Positions 1-9,655 of a DNA stretch of 64,000 bases are shown in pieces (the first letter of the stretch is position 1; each line of letters starts with the position of its first letter). This DNA comes from Thermoplasmatota archaeon. GTDB lineage: Archaea; Thermoplasmatota; Thermoplasmata; UBA10834. The stretch spans positions 64,001 through 128,000 of the forward strand of contig JBFMHR010000002.1 in assembly GCA_040751795.1 (NCBI GenBank), read 5' to 3'. Under the pieces are notes generated by a model. The model saw only the letters and a program-made list of their open reading frames with translations, ran no database searches and was not told the DNA's origin. A program made the position numbers and the translations under genes.

Positions 1-1285
1 TCTACCCACGCACGACGCCCCCCTACCAGGTCACCTTTCGGTGCTCTCAAGTATCGGTAGCTGACTTAGCCCCGTCCATTTTCAGGGCCCTTGATCTTGA
101 CCGGTGAGCTGTTACGCTATCTTTAAATGGTGGCTGCTTCTAAGCCCACATCCCGGTTGTCTCTGACTAAGGACTCCTTTTGCCCGTTCGCACTTAGTCA
201 GCATTTAGGGACCTTAACTTGAGGCTGGGTTGTTCCCCTTTTGCGTATGGAGCTTACCCCTCATACGCTCACTCCCGGAGTCTAAGACGACGACAGGTTC
301 GGAGTTTGGCAGGGCACCGAGGGATTTCTCCCCCTAAATGCCCAATCGGTCGCTCTACCCCATCGTCCGCCTCGTCCGAGATCTACCTGCGAGTAGTTTC
401 GGGGGGGACCAGCTATATCCAGTTTAGATTGGCCTTTCACCCCTAGACGCAGATTATCCCAATGATTTGCACCTCAACACGGGTTCGGTCCTCCACCCAG
501 GTTTCCCTGGGCTTCAACCTATCCACGCCTAGATCAACTGGCTTCGGGTCTCTCACCGATGACTTCGGGCGAGCCCACCCCGTCCCTGGCCCTTGCGGGT
601 TGCGGACTTGTCGGTTTCCCTCCGGCTCCTTGGTTGCCCAATTAGCCTCGCCATCGATTTGAACTCCCTGGCCCGTTATTCGAAACGGATAATACGACGT
701 CGGTCCACTCTTGCGAGTTTCTTCCCTTGCACGCCGTATAGTACTGTCACCATCTGGTTTCAGGCTCTTTGCACCTCCCGCTAAGGGTACTTTTCAGCTT
801 TCGCTCACGCTACTACTGCACTATCGGTCTCGGGTCGTATTTAGGGTTGGAAGCAAATGGCTCCCAGATTCACGCGCGATATCCAACGCGCGGTACTCAA
901 GATCCTCCGAATCATCTTTCCAGCTTGCCCCTACAGGGCTGTCACCCTCTATGGCGCCCCATTCCAGGGGACTTCGGGTTGGCAGGTTAAGATGTACCAG
1001 AGTCTACAACACCACATCTCCGGCCCATTTCTGGGCAGGATTCAGTTTGCCCTGTGCCGCGTTCGATCGCCTTTACTGACGGCATCTCGATTGATTTCTT
1101 TTCCTCGGGGTACTAAGATGCTTCAATCCCCCCGGTTCCCTATCCTCACGGATTGCTCCGAAGAGCAGGAAGTCCCATTCGGTGATCACCGGATCAATAG
1201 CTCCTTGCGCTTACCCGGTGCTTATCGCAGCTTGGCACGACCTTCTTCGGCGCCCGAACCGAGCCATTCCCCAGACGGTTTACTT
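1..1285 (-). rRNA. rrl: 23S rRNA, 5' portion (continues beyond window start); 5' end approximate
   Basis: Reverse complement contains conserved LSU 5' motifs (GAATGGCTCGG...GTGCCAAGCTGCGATAAGC, ACCCGAGGAAAAGAAATCAA, GTAGCGTGAGCGAAAGCTGAAAAGTACCC, GTGAAAGGCCAATCTAAAC, GGGCTTAGAAGCAGCCACC). Confidence 0.97.
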
Positions 1286-1496
1286 AGCCGCTAGCATGTC
1301 GGCTCAGCACACGTCCGTGCTGCACATGATCGGTATTCACAAGAGCCCGCAGGTCCTTCCCGCCCGCTGCCCCTCTACCATCTTCCCCGGTCAGTCGATG
1401 CCCGGGTGCACGATCCCTCCCCACTATAACAGGACGCGTTTCCTTATTTAGGAATTGCCCTGCCAATGGGCTGGGGTATCCCGCTATGTATGGTCC

Positions 1497-1512
1497 CATA
1501 TAAAAGCGTTGC
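1497..1512 (-). promoter_or_regulatory. TATA box of the stand-alone 23S rRNA transcription unit
   Basis: Minus-strand TTTTATAT about 210 nt upstream of the mature 23S 5' end; no 16S gene lies between it and the next CDS. Confidence 0.55.
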
Positions 1513-1615
1513 CGTGTGAGTCGCCGAGACCAGGGGTTCCACTGGAACCGGCCCCGGGGCGGGGCCGAAATCTTGATTTGCCCACGAGCCGATTGCACCA
1601 GCTGGATGGGTGCAC

Positions 1616-2329
1616 ATGGCGTCTTCTGAAGTTCCGCCGCCCCCGGGCGACGCGAAGGCCTCCCCTCCCCCTCCGGGGCCCGCCCCGGCCGAGGAGAGGC
1701 CCGCGGAGCCCGGCGAGGAGTGGATCGAGGAGTACGAATCGGAGAAGAAGGTCAAGGAGCCGAGGAAGAAGGTCCCGCACCTCTTCGGCATGATAGCGGT
1801 CGTGGCCGTGATACTGATCCTGGTGGTCTGGACCCTCATCAGCCCGCAGGTCCTCCCCGAGGCCGGCTCGGACTACCTCGCCCCTTCGCCTTACGCGAAC
1901 CTCGGCTCCTACGCGGGGGACCTCGACATCTGGTGGCTCTTCAACGCCGTCCACGTCGCCAACACCACGTGGGGCGTCTCCGTGAGCGGGGACCCGAACG
2001 TCACCGCCGGCCAGGCCGCGACGTTCCAGGTCCTGGTCACCAAGGTCCACGAGGAGGTCAAGAACGCCTGGTTCGTGGGGACCTCCCTCTCCCTGAAGCA
2101 CGTCACCCTCATGGTCGAGGGCGGGCCCCAGGTGGGCGAGATGGTCTCGAAGTCCTCCCAGACTTACGGGCCCATCGCGGAGGTCGAGGCGACCTTCGAC
2201 GAGCCCGGGAACTACTCCTGCTCTGTGTACGTGGAGGTCACCGTCTACGGCAAGATGCTCATAGGCTACCTGCCGGTCAAGGTCCTGAGGATCACGGCCG
2301 ACCTCGACGTCGCCATAGTCGCGTCGTGA
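1616..2329 (+). CDS. Hypothetical membrane-anchored protein (Pro-rich N-terminus, one TM helix, Ig-like beta domain)
   Basis: Host-like codon usage; hydrophobic LFGMIAVVAVILILVVWTLI. Confidence 0.75.
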   Translation: MASSEVPPPPGDAKASPPPPGPAPAEERPAEPGEEWIEEYESEKKVKEPRKKVPHLFGMIAVVAVILILVVWTLISPQVLPEAGSDYLAPSPYANLGSYAGDLDIWWLFNAVHVANTTWGVSVSGDPNVTAGQAATFQVLVTKVHEEVKNAWFVGTSLSLKHVTLMVEGGPQVGEMVSKSSQTYGPIAEVEATFDEPGNYSCSVYVEVTVYGKMLIGYLPVKVLRITADLDVAIVAS

Positions 2330-2377
2330 GCGCGCCCGATAGATGATATATAGCTACACGCGCATCGCTCAGGCTGC

Positions 2378-3019
2378 ATGGCGTTCGACCTCATCCTCGT
2401 CAGGCACGGCGAGACCGACTGGAACAAGGACAAGGTGTTCCGGGGGCAGATGGACATGCGCCTCAACGCCACGGGCATCGCCCAGGCGGACGCGACGGCG
2501 GAGGCGCTCAAGGGCATCGTCTTCGAGGCGGTCTACTCCAGCCCGCTGAAGCGGGCCCTCGTCACAGCGAGGAGGATCGCCAAGCCCCACGAGATGGAGG
2601 TCAGGGCCGCGAACGGCTTCACCGACATGTTCTTCGGCTCATGGCAGGGGCTGACCGAGGCCCAGGTGGCGGAGAGGCACCCGAAGCTGCTCCAGAAGTG
2701 GAGGGAGAGCCCCACCCGCTTCAGGCCCCCGGGCGGCGAGAGCGCCTCCAAGACCTGGAAGAGGGTCAACAGCCAGCTGAGGGAGGTCATATTCACCCAC
2801 GGCACGGGCACGGTCGTCGTCGTGTCGCACCGGGTCCCGCTCAAGATGATGACCGCCTACCTCCTCAGGAGGAAGCTCGGGGACATCAGGACCATGAGGC
2901 ACGACCCCTGCGCGATATCGGTGTTCAAGGTCCACGCGAAGGACGAGTACGAGGCGGTGCGCCTCAACGACTCGAGCCACCTCAAGGGCCTCCGGCTGCC
3001 GGAGCCGGACGACTTCTGA
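2378..3019 (+). CDS. Histidine phosphatase family (phosphoglycerate mutase/CobC-like)
   Basis: LVRHGETDWN, YSSPLKRA, GGES, VVSH motifs. Confidence 0.92.
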   Translation: MAFDLILVRHGETDWNKDKVFRGQMDMRLNATGIAQADATAEALKGIVFEAVYSSPLKRALVTARRIAKPHEMEVRAANGFTDMFFGSWQGLTEAQVAERHPKLLQKWRESPTRFRPPGGESASKTWKRVNSQLREVIFTHGTGTVVVVSHRVPLKMMTAYLLRRKLGDIRTMRHDPCAISVFKVHAKDEYEAVRLNDSSHLKGLRLPEPDDF

Positions 3020-3716
3020 GCCTCTCCACGAGCCCTTCGATGCCTGAGAGCCCGTCCACGCGCTCGTACCCCGAGCCGTGGAACGCGCCGCGCCTGTCGA
3101 CCAGCACGGGCAGCACTCCCGCCCTCTCGGCCCCGGCCATGTCCGTCGCGGGCCGGTCCCCGAGGAACACGGACCGCCCTGGCTCCGCGCCGAGCATTCC
3201 GAGGGCGATCCGGAATATCTCAGGGTTCGGCTTCCTCACGCCGACCTCGTCGGAGATGACCACAGCGTCGAAGTGCCTCTCCATGTCCAGGTTCACCAGG
3301 ACCCTCCTGGCTAGCTCGGTCGCGTTCGACACGAGGCCGGCCCTCAGGCCCATGCGGCGCACGGCCTCGAGCGCGGGAACCGCGTCGGGGTAGGCGACCC
3401 AGCTCTCCATCCTCGTCACGACTGCCCTGAACTCGCGCCCCAGCCCCGCTGCGAAGGCACCGACGTCGGTCTCGATGCCGAGGTCGTCCAGGACGATGCC
3501 GTCGTACTCCAGCCAGTAATCGCGCTCGTCCCCTCCGCCGATCCTCGCGAACTCCCCGTCCATGAGCCGCTCCGCCTTCGCGAGCGCGGCCATCAGACGC
3601 CCTCTGTCCGTGGCGGCGCCGTGCCTCCCGAGCGCCCTCGCGAAGAGCTCCTCCACCGGCGGGTCGAGGTCCCAGAGCACCCCGCCGGCGTCGAACAGGA
3701 CCGCCTCCAGCTCCAT
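2982..3716 (-). CDS. HAD-superfamily hydrolase (subfamily IA)
   Basis: LFDAGGVLWD, LVSN, RKPNP, FLGDRPATD motifs. Confidence 0.9.
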   Translation of the reverse strand: MELEAVLFDAGGVLWDLDPPVEELFARALGRHGAATDRGRLMAALAKAERLMDGEFARIGGGDERDYWLEYDGIVLDDLGIETDVGAFAAGLGREFRAVVTRMESWVAYPDAVPALEAVRRMGLRAGLVSNATELARRVLVNLDMERHFDAVVISDEVGVRKPNPEIFRIALGMLGAEPGRSVFLGDRPATDMAGAERAGVLPVLVDRRGAFHGSGYERVDGLSGIEGLVERLRSRPAPAAGGP

Positions 3717-3768
3717 GTCTGTCCGGTGCCTACCGCGTCCCGGCGTATGTAATGCTATTGGCGCATGC

Positions 3769-4626
3769 TCACTTCAGCAGCTCCGGGACGTCCGTCGGGA
3801 TCCAGGCGACCCTCGCCCCCGCCGACTCGAGCGCCTTGATCTTGCTCTCGGCCGTACCCCTGCCCCTGGCTATTATGGCCCCGGCGTGGCCCATCCTCTT
3901 CCCCGGAGGGGCGGTCCGCCCCGCGATGTACGCGACCACGGGCTTGGTGACGTGGGCCTTGATGAACTCGGCTGCCTCCTCCTCGGCCGTGCCGCCGATC
4001 TCGCCGACGAGGACGATCTTCTTGGTGTCCTGGTCAGTCTGGAACTTGGCGAGCACGTCGACGAAGTTGGTGCCCGGGACCCTGTCGCCTCCGATGCCGA
4101 CGCAGGTCGACTGGCCAATCCCCTTCTCGGTCATGGCGTTCACGATCTCGTAGGTCAGGGTGCCGGACCTCGACACGACGCCCACGCTGCCCCTGGTGAA
4201 TATCTTGCTGGGCAGGATGCCGACCTTGCCCACGCCCGGCGCGGCCAGGCCCGGACAGTTCGGGCCCACGAGGGTAACGCCCCTGCTCCTCGCGACGGCG
4301 ACGAAGTGTATGGCGTCGTGGACCGGCACGTGCTCCGTGACGACCACGATGTTCCTCAGCCCCGCGTCGAGCGCCTCCATGACCGCGTCCTTCGCCCCCG
4401 GCGCGGGCACGAAGACGCAGGAGGTGTCCGCCCCGGTGATGGCCACGGCCTCGGCCACCGAGTCGAAGACGGGTATGTCGTTCACCCTCTCGCCGGCCTT
4501 CCCCGGCGTCACGCCGGCGACGACGTTGGTGCCGAAGTCGCGCATGGCCTTGGAGTGGTACGTCCCCTGGTATCCGGTTATCCCCTGGACCACGACCCTC
4601 GTGTCCCTCCCGATTATGACCGTCAT
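3769..4626 (-). CDS. sucD: Succinyl-CoA synthetase alpha subunit
   Basis: VQGITG, GPNCPG, SRSGTLTYE, GEIGG, RMGHAGA (phospho-His). Confidence 0.97.
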   Translation of the reverse strand: MTVIIGRDTRVVVQGITGYQGTYHSKAMRDFGTNVVAGVTPGKAGERVNDIPVFDSVAEAVAITGADTSCVFVPAPGAKDAVMEALDAGLRNIVVVTEHVPVHDAIHFVAVARSRGVTLVGPNCPGLAAPGVGKVGILPSKIFTRGSVGVVSRSGTLTYEIVNAMTEKGIGQSTCVGIGGDRVPGTNFVDVLAKFQTDQDTKKIVLVGEIGGTAEEEAAEFIKAHVTKPVVAYIAGRTAPPGKRMGHAGAIIARGRGTAESKIKALESAGARVAWIPTDVPELLK

Positions 4627-4630
4627 ATTG

Positions 4631-5734
4631 TCACCTCAGCGACTCCTTCGAGGCCTTCTCGGCCGCCTCGCTCAGCCCGGACGCGGGGATCATCCCGGCC
4701 TCCTTCAGCATCTCCCTGCCCAGCTCCTCGTTGACCCCCTTGATCCGCGCGACTATCGGCGCGGATGTGGGCCTCGCCTCGATGGCCTCCAGCACGCCCT
4801 TCGCGACGGTGTCGCACTTGGTGATGCCGCCGAAGATGTTCAGGAGTATGACCTTGGGGTCGGCCTCCTCCATCAGGAGCATCGCGCTCTTGACCTTCTC
4901 CGGGTCGTCCGTGCCCCCGAGGTCCAGGAACACCCCGGCCTTGCCGCCGAAGGTGTTGAGGCTGTCGAGCGTGGCCATAGTGAGGCCCGCACCGTTCGCT
5001 ATGACCCCTATGTTGCCGTCGAGCTGGACGAACGCGATGTCGAGGTCCTTCGCCTTCGCCTCGAGCGGGGTGAGGTCCTCCTCCATGCCCTCGTACTCAG
5101 TGTGCCTGAAGAGCGCGTCCGAGTCGATGGTGACCTTCGCGTCGCCGGCGACGACCTTCCCGTCCCTGGTGATGACCAGCGGGTTGATCTCGGCGAGCTC
5201 GGCGTCCTCGGAGACCACGAGCCCGTGGAGCCTCCTGACGATGTCCGCCATCTGGCGCGCCTGCTCCTTCCCCAGGCCGAGGAAGCCGGAGACCCTCCTG
5301 CCGATGAAGCCCTGGTAGCCGATCAGGGGGTCTATGGATAGCATGAGTATCTTCTCCTCCGGCACGGACTCGATGTCCATGCCGCCGCTGGCCGAGGCCA
5401 TGAGGAGGAGGCCGCGCCTGCCCCTGTCGATGGTGATGCCCAGGTACAGCTCCTTGGCGACGTCCAGCCTGCCCTCGACGAGGACCTGCTTGGTCACATA
5501 CCCTCTGATGTTCATGCCCAGGATCGCGGAGGCGGCCCTCCTGGCCTCGTCCACGGTGTCGGCGGGCTTGATGCCGCCGGCCTTGCCCCTGCCCCCGATG
5601 AGGACCTGCGCCTTCACCATCACGGGGCCGGGCAGCCCCTTGACCTGGTCAGGGGACGTGACGACGAACCCCTCCGGGACCGGTATGCCGTGCTTCCTCA
5701 GCAGCTCCTTGGCCTTGTACTCGTACAGTTTCAT
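4631..5734 (-). CDS. sucC: Succinyl-CoA synthetase beta subunit
   Basis: MKLYEYKAK, KAQVLIGGRGKAGG, EINPL, NGAGLTMAT, NIFGGITKCD; adjacent to sucD. Confidence 0.97.
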   Translation of the reverse strand: MKLYEYKAKELLRKHGIPVPEGFVVTSPDQVKGLPGPVMVKAQVLIGGRGKAGGIKPADTVDEARRAASAILGMNIRGYVTKQVLVEGRLDVAKELYLGITIDRGRRGLLLMASASGGMDIESVPEEKILMLSIDPLIGYQGFIGRRVSGFLGLGKEQARQMADIVRRLHGLVVSEDAELAEINPLVITRDGKVVAGDAKVTIDSDALFRHTEYEGMEEDLTPLEAKAKDLDIAFVQLDGNIGVIANGAGLTMATLDSLNTFGGKAGVFLDLGGTDDPEKVKSAMLLMEEADPKVILLNIFGGITKCDTVAKGVLEAIEARPTSAPIVARIKGVNEELGREMLKEAGMIPASGLSEAAEKASKESLR

Positions 5735-5869
5735 CCCGTCGCCTTCGGCAGTGAAGCAGGCGCGAGCATATTTAGCGGTTTTCCAGGGACAGGGGTTCGT
5801 GTTCGCGGCGTGATGTCCGGCCGCTTGTGTCGAAAGGCTTATCCGAGGGCCGTCCAATCATACAGCCCG

Positions 5870-6451
5870 ATGCAGCGGGACGTGAAGATTGAAACTCTGG
5901 TCGTCATGTCCGTGTGCGTCTTCGCCGCCCTCGCCGTCACGGCCTTCCTCGTTCCCTTCGAGGACGAGAACACGAGGTTCTTCTTCGTGGCGCTCGCGGC
6001 GGTCCTCGTGTCGATAAACGTCGCGGGCTTCTTCATGGTCTGGCAGTCGTCGCCGACCATAATAGACGAGATCTTCCTTATGACCCCGGACGGCCGCCTC
6101 CTCAAGCACTACACCAGGAGGCTGAAGCCCGACCAGGACGACGACATCCTCGCCGGGATGCTCACAGCGGTCCAGAACTTCATCAAGGAGAGCTTCGAGG
6201 AGGCCGGCGGGAAGCTCAAGGAGATAAGGTTCGAGAACTACGACATCTTCATCTCTCACTCCAAGAGCGTCGTGGTCGCGGCCATCATATCGACCAAGAA
6301 ACCGGAGAAGCTCAGGGTCCAGATGAGGCTCGTGACGGACGACATAGAGAGGCACTTCGGGCACAAGCTCGTCAACTGGTCCGGGGACAAGGCCGACCTC
6401 GCCGGCGTGGACGCCATCATGAAGAGGCTCCTCTCGGGCAAGTACCGCTGA
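5870..6451 (+). CDS. Two-TM membrane protein with C-terminal longin/roadblock-like domain
   Basis: Two TM helices followed by IDEIFLMTPDGRLLKH...DILAGMLTAVQNFIKESF...LKEIRF, a longin/roadblock-type pattern; directly upstream of a small GTPase. Confidence 0.7.
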   Translation: MQRDVKIETLVVMSVCVFAALAVTAFLVPFEDENTRFFFVALAAVLVSINVAGFFMVWQSSPTIIDEIFLMTPDGRLLKHYTRRLKPDQDDDILAGMLTAVQNFIKESFEEAGGKLKEIRFENYDIFISHSKSVVVAAIISTKKPEKLRVQMRLVTDDIERHFGHKLVNWSGDKADLAGVDAIMKRLLSGKYR

Positions 6452-6506
6452 GCCCGTCGGGCGCGTAAGAAGCCTTTAAGACCAACACCGCCCATCGCGC
6501 TACTGG

Positions 6507-7322
6507 ATGGAACTCAAGGAGCTCCTGAAGAAGGTCGTCATGTTGGGCGACGGCGCCGTGGGGAAGACCTCCCTCACTGCGAGGTACGTTGTGAACAAGT
6601 TCGACGACAAGTACATCGCCACGATCGGGACGAAGGTCTCGAAGAAGGACATGCAGATAACGAAGCCCAACCTCATAATCAACCTGAGGATGATGGTCTG
6701 GGACATCCTCGGGCAGAAGGAGTACTCCAAGATCAGGACCGCGAGCCTGAGCGGGGCCCAGGGGGTCATCCTCGTCGCCGACCTCTCCCGCCCGGAGACG
6801 GTCAAGAGCGTCGAGGCCTTCTGGATACCGGAGATCGAGGGCGCGGTCGGGAAGGTGCCGACCGTGCTGATAGGGAACAAGCACGACCTGGCCGAGAAGG
6901 AGTCAATGGCAGTGACGATGCTGGAGTCCATAGGCCAGAACCTCGGGTACCCGACCTTCCTCGCGAGCGCCAAGACGGGCGAGAACGTCGAGGCCGCCTT
7001 CGCGACCCTCGGGGACCTCATGGTGGCGGACGTGGTCGCCAGCAGGCCCAAGGGGGCGGAGGAGCTCCCTCAGACCCTCTCCGAGGCCGTCGACTTCATA
7101 ATCCAGGACTTCTGCGCCCAGTACGGGGACCTCGAGAAGGCGATGCTGATCGTGCAGCACCAGTTCGAGGCCGCCGGGGTGGACATCAGGAAGCCCAACA
7201 AGGACGCGGTGCTGCAGGCGCTCGACGGCCTCTCGAAGGCCGAGGAGCTCTCCCTCACGAAGACGGTCGCGGCCGTGAACCTCGAGGAGAGGCAGCGCAT
7301 GGTCGTGCTCGCGAAGGGGTGA
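6507..7322 (+). CDS. Rab/Ras-like small GTPase with ~95-aa helical C-terminal extension
   Basis: G1 GDGAVGKTS, G2 YIATIG, G3 WDILGQ, G4 NKHD, G5 SAK. Confidence 0.92.
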   Translation: MELKELLKKVVMLGDGAVGKTSLTARYVVNKFDDKYIATIGTKVSKKDMQITKPNLIINLRMMVWDILGQKEYSKIRTASLSGAQGVILVADLSRPETVKSVEAFWIPEIEGAVGKVPTVLIGNKHDLAEKESMAVTMLESIGQNLGYPTFLASAKTGENVEAAFATLGDLMVADVVASRPKGAEELPQTLSEAVDFIIQDFCAQYGDLEKAMLIVQHQFEAAGVDIRKPNKDAVLQALDGLSKAEELSLTKTVAAVNLEERQRMVVLAKG

Positions 7323-7406
7323 GCCAGGCGGGCCTGGCTGGCCCTCCGCCCCGGAGGGTGTGAGAGGCCAAGGTTTTATAAGGCCGGTGCTATCCGGATT
7401 CTCGGG

Positions 7407-8054
7407 ATGAAAGTCCACTACGTCGCAGGGGTGGCGTACGACAGCAACGTCTACCTCCTGGAGGATGAGGACCCCGTGCTCGTGGACTCCGGATCGGGCG
7501 CATACGCGGACGCGGCCTTGGAGGAGGTGTCTAAGATCGTCCCGCTGGACAGGATCGGGCGGGTTGTGCTCACGCACAGCCACTACGACCACATAGGCGG
7601 AGCGAAGGCCTTCCAGGAGGCCACGGGCGCGAGCCTGCTCCTCCACGAGGCCGAGGCCGCGCCGCTGATGGCGGGCGACTCGTCCATGACCCTCGCGGGC
7701 CTCTTCGGCAAGGGGCTGGAGGGAATCGAGGTGGAGCCGCTCAGGACGGGGCAGAGGCTCAGGCTCGGCGCCACGGAGCTGGAGGTCCTGCACACCCCAG
7801 GCCACTCGCCGGGATCCATTGCCCTCTACGACCCGTCCAGCAAGAGCGCGGTCGTGGGCGACACGGTGTTCTGCGACGGCGGCGTGGGCAGGTGGGACTT
7901 CCCGGGCGGGGACCTATCGGAGCTGAGGTCCTCCGTCAACAGGCTGAGGGAGCTGGGACTTAGGAACATGTACCCGGGCCACGGCTCGTACGCCGAGGGG
8001 GACGCGAAGGTCCACCTCGGGATGGCCGCGGAGTACATAGCAGAGGCGTACTGA
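7407..8054 (+). CDS. MBL-fold metallo-hydrolase (glyoxalase II-like)
   Basis: THSHYDHIGG, HTPGHSPG, GDTVF, PGHG. Confidence 0.92.
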   Translation: MKVHYVAGVAYDSNVYLLEDEDPVLVDSGSGAYADAALEEVSKIVPLDRIGRVVLTHSHYDHIGGAKAFQEATGASLLLHEAEAAPLMAGDSSMTLAGLFGKGLEGIEVEPLRTGQRLRLGATELEVLHTPGHSPGSIALYDPSSKSAVVGDTVFCDGGVGRWDFPGGDLSELRSSVNRLRELGLRNMYPGHGSYAEGDAKVHLGMAAEYIAEAY

Positions 8055-8695
8055 TGAAAGTGATCAAGTGTCCGGACAGGAAGGAGTGCAAGAGGTGCGA
8101 CCTAGCCGCAGGCGAGATGGACGAGGTCCTGGCCGCCCTCAAGGCGGGGGAGCTGGTAGTGTTCCCCACAGACACGCTCTACGGCCTCGGCGCCGACCCG
8201 TTCAAGGAGGCGTCGGTCAAGAAGGTCTTCGTGGCCAAGAACCGCCCCTTCGACATGCCCCTCTCCATAGCCGTCAGCAACGAGAAGATGATGGAGAGCG
8301 TGGCCGTGCTGAACGACAACGCCAGGAAGCTCATCAGGAAGTTCATGCCCGGGCCGATAACCATAATGCTCACCAAGAAGCCGACCATCCCCGACATACT
8401 CACATCGGGTTCAAACACCGTCGGGATCAGGATACCGGAGCACCCCCTGGCGCTCGCCCTGATCGAGAGGTTCGGGCCCATCACGGCGACGAGCGCGAAC
8501 CTCCACTCGCACAAGGACCCGACCGACGCCAGCCTCCCCAAGAAGGACCTGAAGGACCACGTGAAGATCTGCATCGACTGCGGGAAGACGAAGTACTCAG
8601 CGCCGTCGACCATCATCGACGTCTCGGACGGGGAGGTCGAGGTGATCAGGAAGGGCGTCGTTTCTCAGGAGGAGATCGAGGACGCCCTCCGTTAG
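8054..8695 (+). CDS. tsaC: L-threonylcarbamoyladenylate synthase (TsaC/YrdC, no Sua5 C-terminal domain)
   Basis: FPTDTLYGL, KNRP, PGPIT, GIRIP, TSAN, PSTIID. Confidence 0.93.
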   Translation: MKVIKCPDRKECKRCDLAAGEMDEVLAALKAGELVVFPTDTLYGLGADPFKEASVKKVFVAKNRPFDMPLSIAVSNEKMMESVAVLNDNARKLIRKFMPGPITIMLTKKPTIPDILTSGSNTVGIRIPEHPLALALIERFGPITATSANLHSHKDPTDASLPKKDLKDHVKICIDCGKTKYSAPSTIIDVSDGEVEVIRKGVVSQEEIEDALR

Positions 8696-9575
8696 CGAAG
8701 AGGCCCTGAAGAAGTACAGGCAGGCCGGCGCGGTCACCCGCGAGGCGAGGGAGTTCGCCGTCTCGCACGTCAAGCCCGGGATGGGCGCGCTGGCCCTGGC
8801 AGAGGCGGTCGAGGGCGCCATCCGCTCGCGGGGCGCCTCCTGCGCGTTCCCCGTCAACATCGGGGTGAACTCCGTCGCCGCCCACTACACGCCGTCGAGG
8901 ACGGACGACATCGCCCTCAGGGTGGGCGACATCGTGAAGATCGACCTCGGGGCGCACGTCGACGGGTACCCCGCCGACACGTCGGTGACGGTCGAACTGG
9001 GGACGCGCAACAACCAGAGGCTCATCGCCTGCGCGGAGGAGGCCCTCAGGATGGCGATCGAGATGGTCGCCCCGGGGACGTCCACCTCCGCCATCGGCGA
9101 CACGGTGGAGAGGGCGATAAGGTCGGCCGGCTACAGGCCGGTGGAGAACCTCACCGGCCACAGCATGGAGCGCTTCAACCTCCATGCCGGCCTGAGCGTG
9201 CCCAGCGTCAGGACGAGGGAGGACCACTCGGTCGAGGAGGGGATGGTCATAGCCATTGAGCCGTTCTCCACCACCGGCAAGGGGAAGGTCAAGGGCGCGT
9301 CGAGGGGCAACATCTACAGGCTCGTCAGGGACAGGAGGGCCCCCGCCGACATATCGGCCATGTTCTCGAAGATGCAGTCCCGCTTCGGCTCGCTCCCGTT
9401 CGCATCGAGGTGGTGCGACGAACTCCACCCCAACGCCCAGCCCCTCCTGTCCAAGATGCTCAGGATGGGGATGGTGATGAACTACCCCGTCCTGGTCGAG
9501 GTCGCGGACGGCCTTGTGGCCCAGGCGGAGCACTCGGTCCTCGTGACGAAAGACGGGTGCCTGGTCCTGACCTGA
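8682..9575 (+). CDS. map: Methionine aminopeptidase type II; start is non-canonical (ACG at 8682 or CTG at 8706), first ATG at 8781
   Basis: AFPVN...AAHYTP, KIDLGAHVDG..DTS, NLTGH, AIEPF, QAEHS; the conserved first helix (EEALKKYRQAG) lies upstream of the first ATG. Confidence 0.93.
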   Translation, partial: TPSVSEEALKKYRQAGAVTREAREFAVSHVKPGMGALALAEAVEGAIRSRGASCAFPVNIGVNSVAAHYTPSRTDDIALRVGDIVKIDLGAHVDGYPADTSVTVELGTRNNQRLIACAEEALRMAIEMVAPGTSTSAIGDTVERAIRSAGYRPVENLTGHSMERFNLHAGLSVPSVRTREDHSVEEGMVIAIEPFSTTGKGKVKGASRGNIYRLVRDRRAPADISAMFSKMQSRFGSLPFASRWCDELHPNAQPLLSKMLRMGMVMNYPVLVEVADGLVAQAEHSVLVTKDGCLVLT

Positions 9576-9584
9576 CGCAAGCCT

Positions 9585-9600
9585 CTGAGGAAGCCCTCAG
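9585..9600. terminator. Short hairpin directly after the map stop
   Basis: CTGAGG-aagc-CCTCAG perfect stem. Confidence 0.35.
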
Positions 9601-9655
9601 GTGGTGCAGTGCGTCTTGACGTCCCTCAGGGAAGGAGCTCCCGCTGCATCATCAA
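9597..9655 (-). ncRNA. Candidate box C/D (K-turn) small RNA
   Basis: Minus strand: TGATGA (9654-9649), CTGA (9629-9626), CTGA (9600-9597) within 59 nt of intergenic DNA. Confidence 0.35.

Noticed and set aside
219-1451. Plus-strand ORFs over the first 1.4 kb
   Set aside because: Antisense to the 23S rRNA and its leader
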